DNA of 64,000 nucleotides from Escherichia coli (GTDB lineage Bacteria; Pseudomonadota; Gammaproteobacteria; Enterobacterales; Enterobacteriaceae): NCBI RefSeq assembly GCF_001677475.2, contig NZ_CP015229.1; one strand, 5' to 3'. Shown piece by piece: positions 55,543 to 64,000 of this stretch (position 1 is its first letter; each line of letters starts with the position of its first letter). The notes under the pieces were generated by a model. It saw only the letters and a program-made list of their open reading frames with translations, ran no database searches and was not told where the DNA came from. The position numbers and the translations under genes were made by a program.

Positions 55543-57041
55543 CAGAAACGCTCCAGTTCAGGAAAAGGTAAATGACCGTGATGCACATGCATGGCACCAA
55601 ATTCAGCACAGCGGTGTAGCGTGGGAATGTTTTTCCCAGGGTTCAGCAAACCATCGGGGTCAAACGCCGCCTTGACCGCATGGAAGGTCGTGATTTCATC
55701 GCTGTTGAACTGGGCGCACATTTGATTGATTTTTTCGCGCCCAATGCCATGTTCCCCACTGATGCTGCCGCCAACTTCAACGCAGAGTTCGAGGATCTTC
55801 CCGCCCAGCTCTTCCGCGCGGGCAAATTCACCGGGTTCGTTGGCATCGAAAAGGATTAACGGGTGCATGTTGCCATCTCCGGCATGAAAGACGTTGGCAA
55901 CACGTAAATCATATTGCTGCGATAAACGGGCAATGCCTTCCAGTACGCCAGGCAGTGCGCGACGCGGGATGGTGCCATCCATGCAGTAGTAATCCGGGGA
56001 GATACGTCCTACCGCCGGGAACGCATTTTTGCGACCGGCCCAGAAACGTACGCGCTCTGCTTCGTCCTGTGCCAGACGGACGTCAGTCGCGCCCGCTTTC
56101 AGCAAGATGTCGTTAACCCGCTCGCAGTCTTCCTGTACGTCAGACTCCACGCCGTCCAGCTCGCACAACAAAATCGCTTCGGCGTCGACGGGATAACCGG
56201 CATGAATAAAATCTTCCGCCGCGCGGATCGACAGGTTATCCATCATCTCCAGCCCGCCGGGGATAATGCCATTGGCGATGATGTCACCGACGGCGAGTCC
56301 GGCTTTTTCTACCGAGTCAAAGCTGGCTAACAGAACCCGCGCCACGGGCGGCTTCGGCAACAGCTTCACCGTTACTTCGGTGGTCACGCCGAGCATACCT
56401 TCCGATCCGGTGAACAGCGCCAGCAGGTCAAAACCAGGCGAATCCAGCGCGTCCGATCCCAGCGTCAGCGCCTCGCCGTCCAGCGTTTGCACTTCAATTT
56501 TCAGCAGGTTATGTACGGTCAGACCATATTTCAGGCAGTGGACGCCACCGGCATTTTCCGCCACATTGCCGCCAATTGAACAGGCGATTTGTGAGGAAGG
56601 ATCCGGCGCGTAATAGAGATTATGCGGCGCAACGGCCTGGGAGATCGCCAGGTTACGCACGCCCGGCTGCACGCGCGCGCGGCGACCAACGGGGTTAATG
56701 TCGAGGATTTCTTTAAAGCGCGCCATCACCAACAACACACCTTTTTCCAGCGGCAGCGCGCCACCAGAAAGCCCGGTGCCTGCACCACGGGTCACCACCG
56801 GTACACGCAGGCGGTGGCAGACAGCCAGAATCGCTGTCACCTGTTCCATTTGCTTAGGCAGAACAACCAGTAATGGACGCGTGCGATACGCGCTCAACCC
56901 GTCACACTCGTAAGGAATGATCTCCTCATCGGTATGCAGGATCTCCAGTCCAGGGGCATGCTCACGCAGTGCCATCAGTACCGATGTGCGGTCGACATCG
57001 GGTAAAGCGCCATCAAGACGCTCTTCGTACAAGATGCTCAT
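55542..57041 (-). CDS. glcD: Glycolate oxidase subunit GlcD (FAD-linked oxidase)
   Basis: 499 aa, MSILYEERLDGALPDVD...; first gene of the operon. Confidence 0.9.
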   Translation of the reverse strand: MSILYEERLDGALPDVDRTSVLMALREHAPGLEILHTDEEIIPYECDGLSAYRTRPLLVVLPKQMEQVTAILAVCHRLRVPVVTRGAGTGLSGGALPLEKGVLLVMARFKEILDINPVGRRARVQPGVRNLAISQAVAPHNLYYAPDPSSQIACSIGGNVAENAGGVHCLKYGLTVHNLLKIEVQTLDGEALTLGSDALDSPGFDLLALFTGSEGMLGVTTEVTVKLLPKPPVARVLLASFDSVEKAGLAVGDIIANGIIPGGLEMMDNLSIRAAEDFIHAGYPVDAEAILLCELDGVESDVQEDCERVNDILLKAGATDVRLAQDEAERVRFWAGRKNAFPAVGRISPDYYCMDGTIPRRALPGVLEGIARLSQQYDLRVANVFHAGDGNMHPLILFDANEPGEFARAEELGGKILELCVEVGGSISGEHGIGREKINQMCAQFNSDEITTFHAVKAAFDPDGLLNPGKNIPTLHRCAEFGAMHVHHGHLPFPELERF

Positions 57042-57292
57042 GAGTAGGCTTCGCTTTGTTGTTTTGTGTGGCAGCTGATTTTTGCGCGCTGCTTCTGTGA
57101 ACAGTTATTAAGCGGGCTTTTTGTTTTCGTCTATCTCTTTAGCTACCGGTCAGACCATTTTTTTTTCCAGCTCTGTGACCTTGCATTGGTTAACTTAATG
57201 TTAAATTGATGTAACATAATCACTTACGTGATGTGCGTGTTTTGCGAATTAAGAACAGAAAAATTGGTCCTACCTGTGCACGAGGTCCGGGA
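57042..57292. promoter_or_regulatory. Divergent glcC / glcDEFGBA promoter region
   Basis: 250-bp intergenic region between divergently transcribed glcD and glcC; assigned from operon architecture, individual sites not resolved. Confidence 0.5.
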
Positions 57293-58063
57293 ATGAAAGA
57301 TGAGCGTCGCCCTATTTGCGAAGTGGTTGCAGAGAGTATCGAACGGTTAATTATCGACGGCGTACTGAAGGTCGGTCAGCCGCTTCCCTCGGAACGTCGA
57401 CTGTGTGAAAAGCTCGGCTTCTCACGCTCCGCACTGCGTGAAGGGCTGACCGTGCTGCGCGGGCGCGGGATTATTGAAACGGCGCAGGGTCGCGATTCTC
57501 GTGTCGCACGGCTTAATCGGGTGCAGGACACCAGCCCGCTAATTCATCTGTTCAGCACGCAGCCGCGAACGCTGTACGATCTGCTCGACGTTCGCGCATT
57601 GCTGGAGGGTGAATCGGCAAGGCTTGCGGCAACGCTGGGAACCCAGGCTGATTTTGTTGTGATAACCCGCTGTTATGAAAAAATGCTCGCCGCCAGTGAG
57701 AACAACAAAGAGATTTCGCTGATCGAACATGCGCAGTTGGATCACGCTTTCCATCTCGCCATTTGTCAGGCTTCTCACAATCAGGTGTTGGTGTTTACGC
57801 TGCAATCATTGACCGATCTGATGTTTAATTCAGTGTTTGCCAGCGTAAATAATCTCTACCATCGACCACAGCAAAAAAAGCAGATCGATCGCCAGCATGC
57901 GCGGATCTACAACGCGGTGTTGCAGCGGCTGCCGCACGTCGCCCAGCGCGCAGCACGCGATCATGTGCGGACCGTGAAAAAGAATCTCCACGATATCGAG
58001 CTGGAAGGCCACCATTTGATTCGCTCGGCGGTGCCGCTGGAGATGAACAAGGTGGGAATGTGA
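57293..58063 (+). CDS. glcC: GntR/FadR-family transcriptional activator of the glc operon
   Basis: MKDERRPICEVVAESIERLIIDGVLKVGQPLPSERRLCEKLGFSRSALREGL winged-HTH N-terminus; 256 aa from ATG at 57293. Confidence 0.85.
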   Translation: MKDERRPICEVVAESIERLIIDGVLKVGQPLPSERRLCEKLGFSRSALREGLTVLRGRGIIETAQGRDSRVARLNRVQDTSPLIHLFSTQPRTLYDLLDVRALLEGESARLAATLGTQADFVVITRCYEKMLAASENNKEISLIEHAQLDHAFHLAICQASHNQVLVFTLQSLTDLMFNSVFASVNNLYHRPQQKKQIDRQHARIYNAVLQRLPHVAQRAARDHVRTVKKNLHDIELEGHHLIRSAVPLEMNKVGM

Positions 58064-58138
58064 GCCGAGTTTTCACCCTCACCCTAACCCTTTCCCCGAG
58101 GGGCGAGGGATCGCCCCTGCGCTTAACAGGATCTGGTA

Positions 58139-59281
58139 TTAAATTTGCTTTTCATACAATCGGTAACGCTTGTACGGCTCTGCCCCAATGCGTTCCAGCA
58201 TGTTATTCATGCCTGTATTGGTTTCGAGGATCCATGACATCTCCAGCGCATCGATCTTCCGGCGGGCAAACGGATCGCGTAAGGCTTCAATCAATAACAG
58301 CGCAATCACCGGGCCGATGCGGCTGAACTGATACTCGTCCCGCACGCCCATCAGCGGCACTCGCGCAGTTCGCACACCGCTGACTTTCAAACGCCACAGC
58401 AATTTTGCCCAGCCGAAGGGAAAGAGCGATCCGTTCAGATCGGCAATCGCCTCGTTGATGTTTGGCAAGCCGACAATAAACGCGCAGGGTGCAGAATCAA
58501 TCTCAGCGATGTAGATCATATCGTCCGGCACCAGGTATTTAAGCTGATCGCCCATGGTCGCGAATTCATGTTCGGTAAACGGCACAAATCCCCAGTTGTG
58601 CTGCCAGCCAGAGTTGAAAATCTCACGCAGGATCTGCATCTCTTCGGCAAACCGCTGACGATTGATGCAGCGAATGGTCACCTTTTTGCGCACCTGATCC
58701 ATCAGTTTTTTTAGCGCCGGAGAGAAAGTGAGATCGGTTCGCTGCATCCACCACGCCAGTAAATCAATGCCTTTGTGATAACCCAGTTGTTCAATATGCG
58801 CGGCATACCACGGTTTGCCGTGTGGCATCATCGCACAGGGTGGTGTGTCAAAACCTTCAATCAGTAATCCGCTTTCCTGATTGATATTCAGGCTGAAAGG
58901 CCCGCTGATCTTACTTGCACCTTGTGACTTCAACCACGCTTCCGCTGCGCCAAACAACGCGGCAAAAACCTGCGGCTCATCAATGGCGTCAATCATGCCG
59001 AAATGACCGGTATCTTCGCCGTAACACTCGCGGTGTAAGGTATCGATTTGCGCGGTAATACGCCCAACTATCTGCCCCGCTTTTTTTGCCACCCACGCCT
59101 GCCAGATGATATGGTCCGTCCCCGGATTCTTCGCAGACAAATGCTCGCTGCGTTCAATGAATAAAGGGGGTATCCAGTTTGGATCATCGGGATAAAGTGA
59201 TGACGGAAAAGCGATAAATGCCTTAAGGTCATTTTTATTAATTACTTTTTCAATTTTGATCATCAGCAGATCGCATTCCAT
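58139..59281 (-). CDS. yghO: YghO-type GNAT-fold acyltransferase-like protein
   Basis: 380 aa; position after glcC as for yghO; acyltransferase-like fold inferred from family memory, not from a motif I can point to. Confidence 0.55.
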   Translation of the reverse strand: MECDLLMIKIEKVINKNDLKAFIAFPSSLYPDDPNWIPPLFIERSEHLSAKNPGTDHIIWQAWVAKKAGQIVGRITAQIDTLHRECYGEDTGHFGMIDAIDEPQVFAALFGAAEAWLKSQGASKISGPFSLNINQESGLLIEGFDTPPCAMMPHGKPWYAAHIEQLGYHKGIDLLAWWMQRTDLTFSPALKKLMDQVRKKVTIRCINRQRFAEEMQILREIFNSGWQHNWGFVPFTEHEFATMGDQLKYLVPDDMIYIAEIDSAPCAFIVGLPNINEAIADLNGSLFPFGWAKLLWRLKVSGVRTARVPLMGVRDEYQFSRIGPVIALLLIEALRDPFARRKIDALEMSWILETNTGMNNMLERIGAEPYKRYRLYEKQI

Positions 59282-59652
59282 AGTTCTGTGGGTAACAAAT
59301 AATTAACGGTGAAAAACAGGTTGCAACAGCAACGAACGGCATCTTAATAATCAACCCAATGAATACAAACGACGAATAAATAGTATTTATTAATGATTAC
59401 GATAAGGTCAGAGACTACACAGAAGCGCCACAATGCCTTTTGTCGATTTAAGGCGACCGGACAAGGCTTCTTCTTAATATATTCATAAATTAAATATCAT
59501 TCACAATAAAAACAAAAAAACTCAAACTCATTATTTAAATCAATGTTCATTTTCACACTGATGAAAATACTATCTCATTTATCTTTTATGCCTATATAAT
59601 CCACCGCATTATTGTCATTTTATTTTTGATATCCAATTTTTTCGTGGTGTAT

Positions 59653-61377
59653 ATGTCTAATAAAATCTTTACGCATTCCCTACCTATGCGCTATGCCGAT
59701 TTTCCAACGCTGGTTGATGCTTTGGACTACGCCGCTCTGAGTAGCGCCGGAATGAATTTTTATGACAGACGTTGCCAACTTGAACATCAACTGGAATATC
59801 AGACGTTAAAAACGCGCGCCAAAGCTGGTGCGAAGCGGTTGTTATCGCTGAACCTGAAAAAAGGCGATCGCGTGGCGCTGATTGCCGAAACGAGTAGCGG
59901 GTTTGTAGAGGCTTTTTTTGCCTGTCAGTATGCCGGCTTAGTCGCCGTCCCGTTGGCGATTCCAATGGGCGTCGGTCAGCGGGATTCCTGGAGCGCCAAA
60001 CTCCAGGGTTTACTGGCAAGTTGCCAGCCCGCAGCCATTATCACTGGTGATGAGTGGTTGCCACTGGTCAATGCCGCGACGCATAACAACAACCCCGAAT
60101 TACATGTTTTAAGCCACGCCTGGTTTAAGGCATTACCGGAAGCCGATGTTGCGCTCCAGCGTCCAGTTCCGAACGATATCGCCTACCTCCAGTACACCTC
60201 CGGCAGCACCCGTTTTCCCCGTGGCGTCATTATCACCCATCGCGAAGTGATGGCTAATCTACGTGCTATAAGCCACGATGGCATAAAATTACGCCCTGGC
60301 GACCGCTGCGTCTCCTGGCTGCCTTTCTACCATGATATGGGACTGGTCGGCTTTCTCCTGACCCCCGTCGCCACGCAGCTTTCAGTAGATTATTTGCGCA
60401 CTCAGGATTTTGCCATGCGTCCTCTGCAATGGCTTAAATTGATCAGTAAAAATCGCGGCACCGTTTCCGTTGCGCCGCCGTTTGGCTATGAATTGTGCCA
60501 GCGCCGCGTGAATGAAAAAGATCTCGCTGAACTGGATCTTTCCTGCTGGCGCGTCGCTGGTATTGGTGCAGAACCCATCTCCGCAGAACAACTCCATCAA
60601 TTCGCTGAATGTTTCCGTCAGGTCAACTTTGACGATAAAACTTTCATGCCGTGCTACGGACTGGCAGAAAATGCGCTGGCTGTCAGCTTCTCTGATGAAG
60701 CTTCCGGGGTTGTGGTTAACGAAGTGGATCGCGACATCCTCGAATATCAGGGCAAAGCCGTCACGCCGGATGCTGAAACACGCGCCGTATCGACTTTCGT
60801 CAACTGCGGTAAAGCGTTGCCGGAACATGGCATTGAAATCCGCAATGAAGCAGGTATACCTGTCGCGGAACGTGTGGTAGGCCATATTTGCATCTCCGGC
60901 CCTAGCCTGATGAGCGGTTACTTTGGCGACCAGATTTCACAAGACGAGATTGCCGCGACGGGCTGGTTAGACACCGGCGACCTCGGTTATCTGCTGGACG
61001 GTTATCTGTATGTCACCGGACGCATTAAAGATCTGATTATTATTCGTGGCCGTAATATCTGGCCGCAGGATATTGAATATATTGCGGAACAGGAACCGGA
61101 AATTCATTCTGGCGATGCGATTGCTTTTGTTACCGCCCAGGAAAAAATCATTTTGCAGATCCAGTGTCGGATCAGCGATGAAGAACGTCGCGGGCAGCTT
61201 ATCCACGCGCTGGCAGCACGGATCCAAAGCGAATTTGGCGTGACCGCGGCTATCGATCTGTTGCCGCCCCACAGTATTCCCCGAACGTCCTCCGGCAAGC
61301 CTGCCCGTGCGGAAGCGAAAAAACGTTATCAGAAGGCTTATGCTGCAAGCCTTCATGTGCAGGAATCCCTGGCATGA
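59653..61377 (+). CDS. Fatty acyl-AMP ligase / acyl-ACP synthetase-like adenylating enzyme
   Basis: AMP-binding core YTSGSTRFPRGV and TGDLGY motif; about 574 aa; first gene of a 4-gene coupled cassette. Confidence 0.75.
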   Translation: MSNKIFTHSLPMRYADFPTLVDALDYAALSSAGMNFYDRRCQLEHQLEYQTLKTRAKAGAKRLLSLNLKKGDRVALIAETSSGFVEAFFACQYAGLVAVPLAIPMGVGQRDSWSAKLQGLLASCQPAAIITGDEWLPLVNAATHNNNPELHVLSHAWFKALPEADVALQRPVPNDIAYLQYTSGSTRFPRGVIITHREVMANLRAISHDGIKLRPGDRCVSWLPFYHDMGLVGFLLTPVATQLSVDYLRTQDFAMRPLQWLKLISKNRGTVSVAPPFGYELCQRRVNEKDLAELDLSCWRVAGIGAEPISAEQLHQFAECFRQVNFDDKTFMPCYGLAENALAVSFSDEASGVVVNEVDRDILEYQGKAVTPDAETRAVSTFVNCGKALPEHGIEIRNEAGIPVAERVVGHICISGPSLMSGYFGDQISQDEIAATGWLDTGDLGYLLDGYLYVTGRIKDLIIIRGRNIWPQDIEYIAEQEPEIHSGDAIAFVTAQEKIILQIQCRISDEERRGQLIHALAARIQSEFGVTAAIDLLPPHSIPRTSSGKPARAEAKKRYQKAYAASLHVQESLA

Positions 61378-62288
61378 ATCAAACTGTCGCGGTGACGGGC
61401 GCTACCGGGTTTATCGGTAAATATATTATCGATAACCTGCTCGCCCGCGGCTTTCACGTTCGCGCATTGACGCGTACTGCCCGCGCTCACGTCAATGACA
61501 ATCTCATCTGGGTGCGCGGTTCTCTGGAAGATACTCATTCACTTAGCGAACTGGTTGCCGGAGCCAGCGCAGTGGTCCATTGCGCCGGGCAAGTGCGCGG
61601 GCACAAAGAAGAGATTTTTACCCGCTGTAACGTTGACGGCAGCCTGCGACTGATGCAAGCGGCAAAAGAGAGCGGCTTTTGCCAACGTTTTCTGTTTATC
61701 TCTTCGCTGGCGGCGCGCCATCCCGAACTCTCCTGGTACGCAAATTCCAAACACGTCGCCGAACAACGGCTGACTGCAATGGCTGATGAAATTACGCTGG
61801 GCGTTTTTCGCCCGACAGCCGTGTATGGTCCCGGCGATAAAGAGTTAAAACCGCTGTTTGACTGGATGCTGCGCGGCCTGCTGCCACGACTTGGTGCGCC
61901 AGATACACAACTCTCTTTCCTGCACGTCACCGATTTCGCGCAAGCCGTGGGGCAGTGGTTAAGCGCCGAAACTGTACAGACGCAAACCTATGAATTATGC
62001 GATGGCGTCGCCGGCGGCTATGACTGGCAACGCGTACAGCAACTTGCCGCCGACGCCCGTTGCGGTTCCGTTCGAATGGTTGGTATTCCTCTGTCAGTAC
62101 TCACCTGCCTTGCGGATATCAGTACCGCGTTGAGTCGCCTGGCAGGTAAAGAACCTATGCTGACCCGCTCGAAAATCCGTGAATTAACCCACGCCGACTG
62201 GTCGGCAAGTAATAACCGTATTTCTGAAGATATTAATTGGTTTCCCGGGATTAGCCTGGAACACGCATTACGCAACGGGCTATTTTGA
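61374..62288 (+). CDS. NAD(P)-dependent extended short-chain dehydrogenase/reductase (epimerase/dehydratase family)
   Basis: Rossmann VAVTGATGFIGKY and catalytic YANSK; start overlaps stop of the adenylating-enzyme gene (ATGA). Confidence 0.75.
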   Translation: MNQTVAVTGATGFIGKYIIDNLLARGFHVRALTRTARAHVNDNLIWVRGSLEDTHSLSELVAGASAVVHCAGQVRGHKEEIFTRCNVDGSLRLMQAAKESGFCQRFLFISSLAARHPELSWYANSKHVAEQRLTAMADEITLGVFRPTAVYGPGDKELKPLFDWMLRGLLPRLGAPDTQLSFLHVTDFAQAVGQWLSAETVQTQTYELCDGVAGGYDWQRVQQLAADARCGSVRMVGIPLSVLTCLADISTALSRLAGKEPMLTRSKIRELTHADWSASNNRISEDINWFPGISLEHALRNGLF

Positions 62289-62319
62289 TTGTCTTGTTTA
62301 AAGGTGTGTTAACGTTTCT

Positions 62320-62568
62320 ATGGTAAATCGTGAAATAGTAATGGATTACATCCTTTCCTGTTTACAGGATTTGGTCGAAAACGGTGTGGAAATTAAGCCC
62401 GACAGCGATCTCGTCAACGATCTTGGCCTGGAGTCGATCAAAGTGATGGATCTCTTAATGATGCTGGAAGACAGATTCGATATTTCCATTCCTATTAATA
62501 TTCTGCTGGATGTCAAAACCCCTGCGCAATTAATGGAAACACTACTTCCATGGCTGGAGAATAAATAA
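62320..62568 (+). CDS. Acyl carrier protein
   Basis: 82 aa; DLGLESIKVMDL with the candidate phosphopantetheinyl Ser; stop overlaps next start (TAATG). Confidence 0.7.
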   Translation: MVNREIVMDYILSCLQDLVENGVEIKPDSDLVNDLGLESIKVMDLLMMLEDRFDISIPINILLDVKTPAQLMETLLPWLENK

Positions 62569-63740
62569 TGGGGCTATACGATAAATATGCACGTCTTGCT
62601 GGCGAGCGACTGCAATTTAGTGATAACGGTTTAACACCGTTTGGTACCTGTATTGATGAAGTGTATTCCGCCACCGAAGGCCGGATCGGCAATAAAAAAG
62701 TGATTCTGGCCGGGACCAATAATTATCTCGGTTTAACCTTTAATCATGATGCCATCAGCGAAGGTCAGGCAGCGTTAGCGGCCCAAGGCACCGGCACCAC
62801 CGGTTCTCGTATGGCAAACGGCAGTTATGCGCCGCACCTGGCGTTAGAAAAAGAGATTGCCGAGTTTTTCAATCGCCCTACCGCTATCGTTTTTTCAACC
62901 GGTTATACCGCTAATTTAGGCGTCATCAGCGCACTTGCCGACCATAACGCCGTGGTGTTACTGGATGCCGACAGCCACGCCAGTATTTATGACGCCTGTT
63001 CTCTCGGTGGCGCGGAAATTATTCGTTTCCGCCATAACGATGCTAAAGATCTGGAACGGCGCATGGTTCGCCTCGGTGAACGTGCGAAAGAGGCGATTAT
63101 CATCGTTGAGGGCATCTACAGCATGCTCGGTGACGTTGCGCCGCTGGCGGAAATTGTTGATATCAAACGTCGTCTCGGTGGTTATTTGATTGTCGATGAA
63201 GCGCATTCGTTTGGCGTGTTAGGTGCAACGGGGCGTGGACTGGCTGAAGCCGTTGGCGTTGAAGATGATGTGGATATTATCGTTGGTACCTTCAGTAAAA
63301 GTCTGGCCTCGATTGGCGGTTTTGCTGTCGGTTCGGAAGCGATGGAAGTGCTGCGCTACGGCAGCCGCCCGTATATTTTTACCGCCTCTCCTTCTCCGTC
63401 CTGCATTGCGACCGTGCGCTCGTCGTTAAGAACCATTGCCTCACAACCAGAGTTGCGGCAAAAGCTGATGGATAACGCCAACCATCTGTATGACGGTCTG
63501 CAAAAACTGGGTTATGAGTTAAGTTCACATATTAGCCCGGTAGTGCCGGTAATAATCGGTTCGAAAGAGGAAGGTTTACGCATCTGGCGCGAGCTTATTT
63601 CGCTGGGCGTTTATGTGAATCTTATCCTGCCACCTGCCGCGCCTGCAGGCATTACGCTGCTGCGCTGTAGCGTAAACGCTGCCCACAGTCGTGAGCAAAT
63701 TGATGCCATCATTCAGGCATTTGCTACTCTGAAGCAGTAA
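62568..63740 (+). CDS. Alpha-oxoamine synthase (serine palmitoyltransferase / 8-amino-7-oxononanoate synthase family, PLP-dependent)
   Basis: 390 aa; PLP-lysine motif GTFSKSLASIGGF, conserved HSFG and SMLGD segments. Confidence 0.8.
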   Translation: MGLYDKYARLAGERLQFSDNGLTPFGTCIDEVYSATEGRIGNKKVILAGTNNYLGLTFNHDAISEGQAALAAQGTGTTGSRMANGSYAPHLALEKEIAEFFNRPTAIVFSTGYTANLGVISALADHNAVVLLDADSHASIYDACSLGGAEIIRFRHNDAKDLERRMVRLGERAKEAIIIVEGIYSMLGDVAPLAEIVDIKRRLGGYLIVDEAHSFGVLGATGRGLAEAVGVEDDVDIIVGTFSKSLASIGGFAVGSEAMEVLRYGSRPYIFTASPSPSCIATVRSSLRTIASQPELRQKLMDNANHLYDGLQKLGYELSSHISPVVPVIIGSKEEGLRIWRELISLGVYVNLILPPAAPAGITLLRCSVNAAHSREQIDAIIQAFATLKQ

Positions 63741-63774
63741 TGTGAGCCCGCTGTGGTGTTGCGCCACGGCGGGT

Positions 63775-63999
63775 TTAATGTTGTCTGTCATACCAATACA
63801 CCAGGCTCAACGCCACCAGCACAAACGCTATCGGTAAACCGAGCGCGGTAACAGGTGCGCTCAACGCAAATAACATTCCCAAATTGACCATGATTTGATA
63901 GCTGATCCAGGTGAGTAAGCCAACGATGACGCCTACAGCGAGACGGCTACCCATCCCTGGCGAGCGCGGGGCGCTAAAGGTAAACGGTACAGCCAGCAA
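63775..63999 (-). CDS. C-terminal part of an inner-membrane protein (possibly yghQ-like transporter); 5' end beyond window
   Basis: Hydrophobic helices AVGVIVGLLTWISYQIMVNLGMLFALSAPVTALGLPIAFVLVALSLVYWY; convergent with the alpha-oxoamine synthase gene. Confidence 0.4.
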   Translation of the reverse strand: MLAVPFTFSAPRSPGMGSRLAVGVIVGLLTWISYQIMVNLGMLFALSAPVTALGLPIAFVLVALSLVYWYDRQH

Positions 64000-64000
64000 A

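Noticed and set aside
58064-58138. GC-rich hairpin GGGGCG-agggat-CGCCCC between glcC and yghO as a bidirectional terminator
   Set aside because: No flanking T-run on either strand; too weak to call as a feature.

Overview
This window reads as an Escherichia coli-type chromosomal segment with two parts. Positions 1 to about 31,470 are the distal end of a mosaic genomic island; its right junction is marked by an imperfect 22-nt copy of the tRNA-Phe 3' end (31447-31468) followed by a terminator hairpin. The island carries a pap-like fimbrial phase switch (PapI-like and PapB-like regulators with GATC sites 103 bp apart), a graveyard of insertion sequences (an apparently intact IS21-family element inserted into an ISL3 transposase gene, plus IS100, IS3-family, IS256-family, IS110-family and a second IS21 remnant), a Cys-rich paralog pair with a YagK-like gene, an AlpA-like regulator preceded by a C16 homopolymer, and a CP4-44-like module (YeeP-type GTPase, Antigen 43 with its three-GATC switch, YeeR-like membrane protein, DUF905, DUF932, antirestriction, RadC-like, YeeT-like, CbeA/CbtA toxin-antitoxin, YeeW-like, DUF4942-like). 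Right of the junction is conserved backbone: a complete type II secretion locus (gspM to gspC, yghG pilotin, pppA prepilin peptidase, sslE/yghJ), the glycolate operon glcDEFGBA with divergent glcC, and yghO. The most interesting candidate is the cassette after yghO: four translationally coupled genes (fatty acyl-AMP ligase-like, extended SDR reductase, acyl carrier protein, serine-palmitoyltransferase-like alpha-oxoamine synthase) flanked by a GNAT-like acyltransferase and a membrane protein, which together look like a sphingoid-base or ceramide-like amino-lipid pathway. No CRISPR array, complete tRNA or rRNA gene, or recognisable multi-gene phage-defence system was found. All family assignments are from reading the translated ORFs and recalled motifs; no database search was run.
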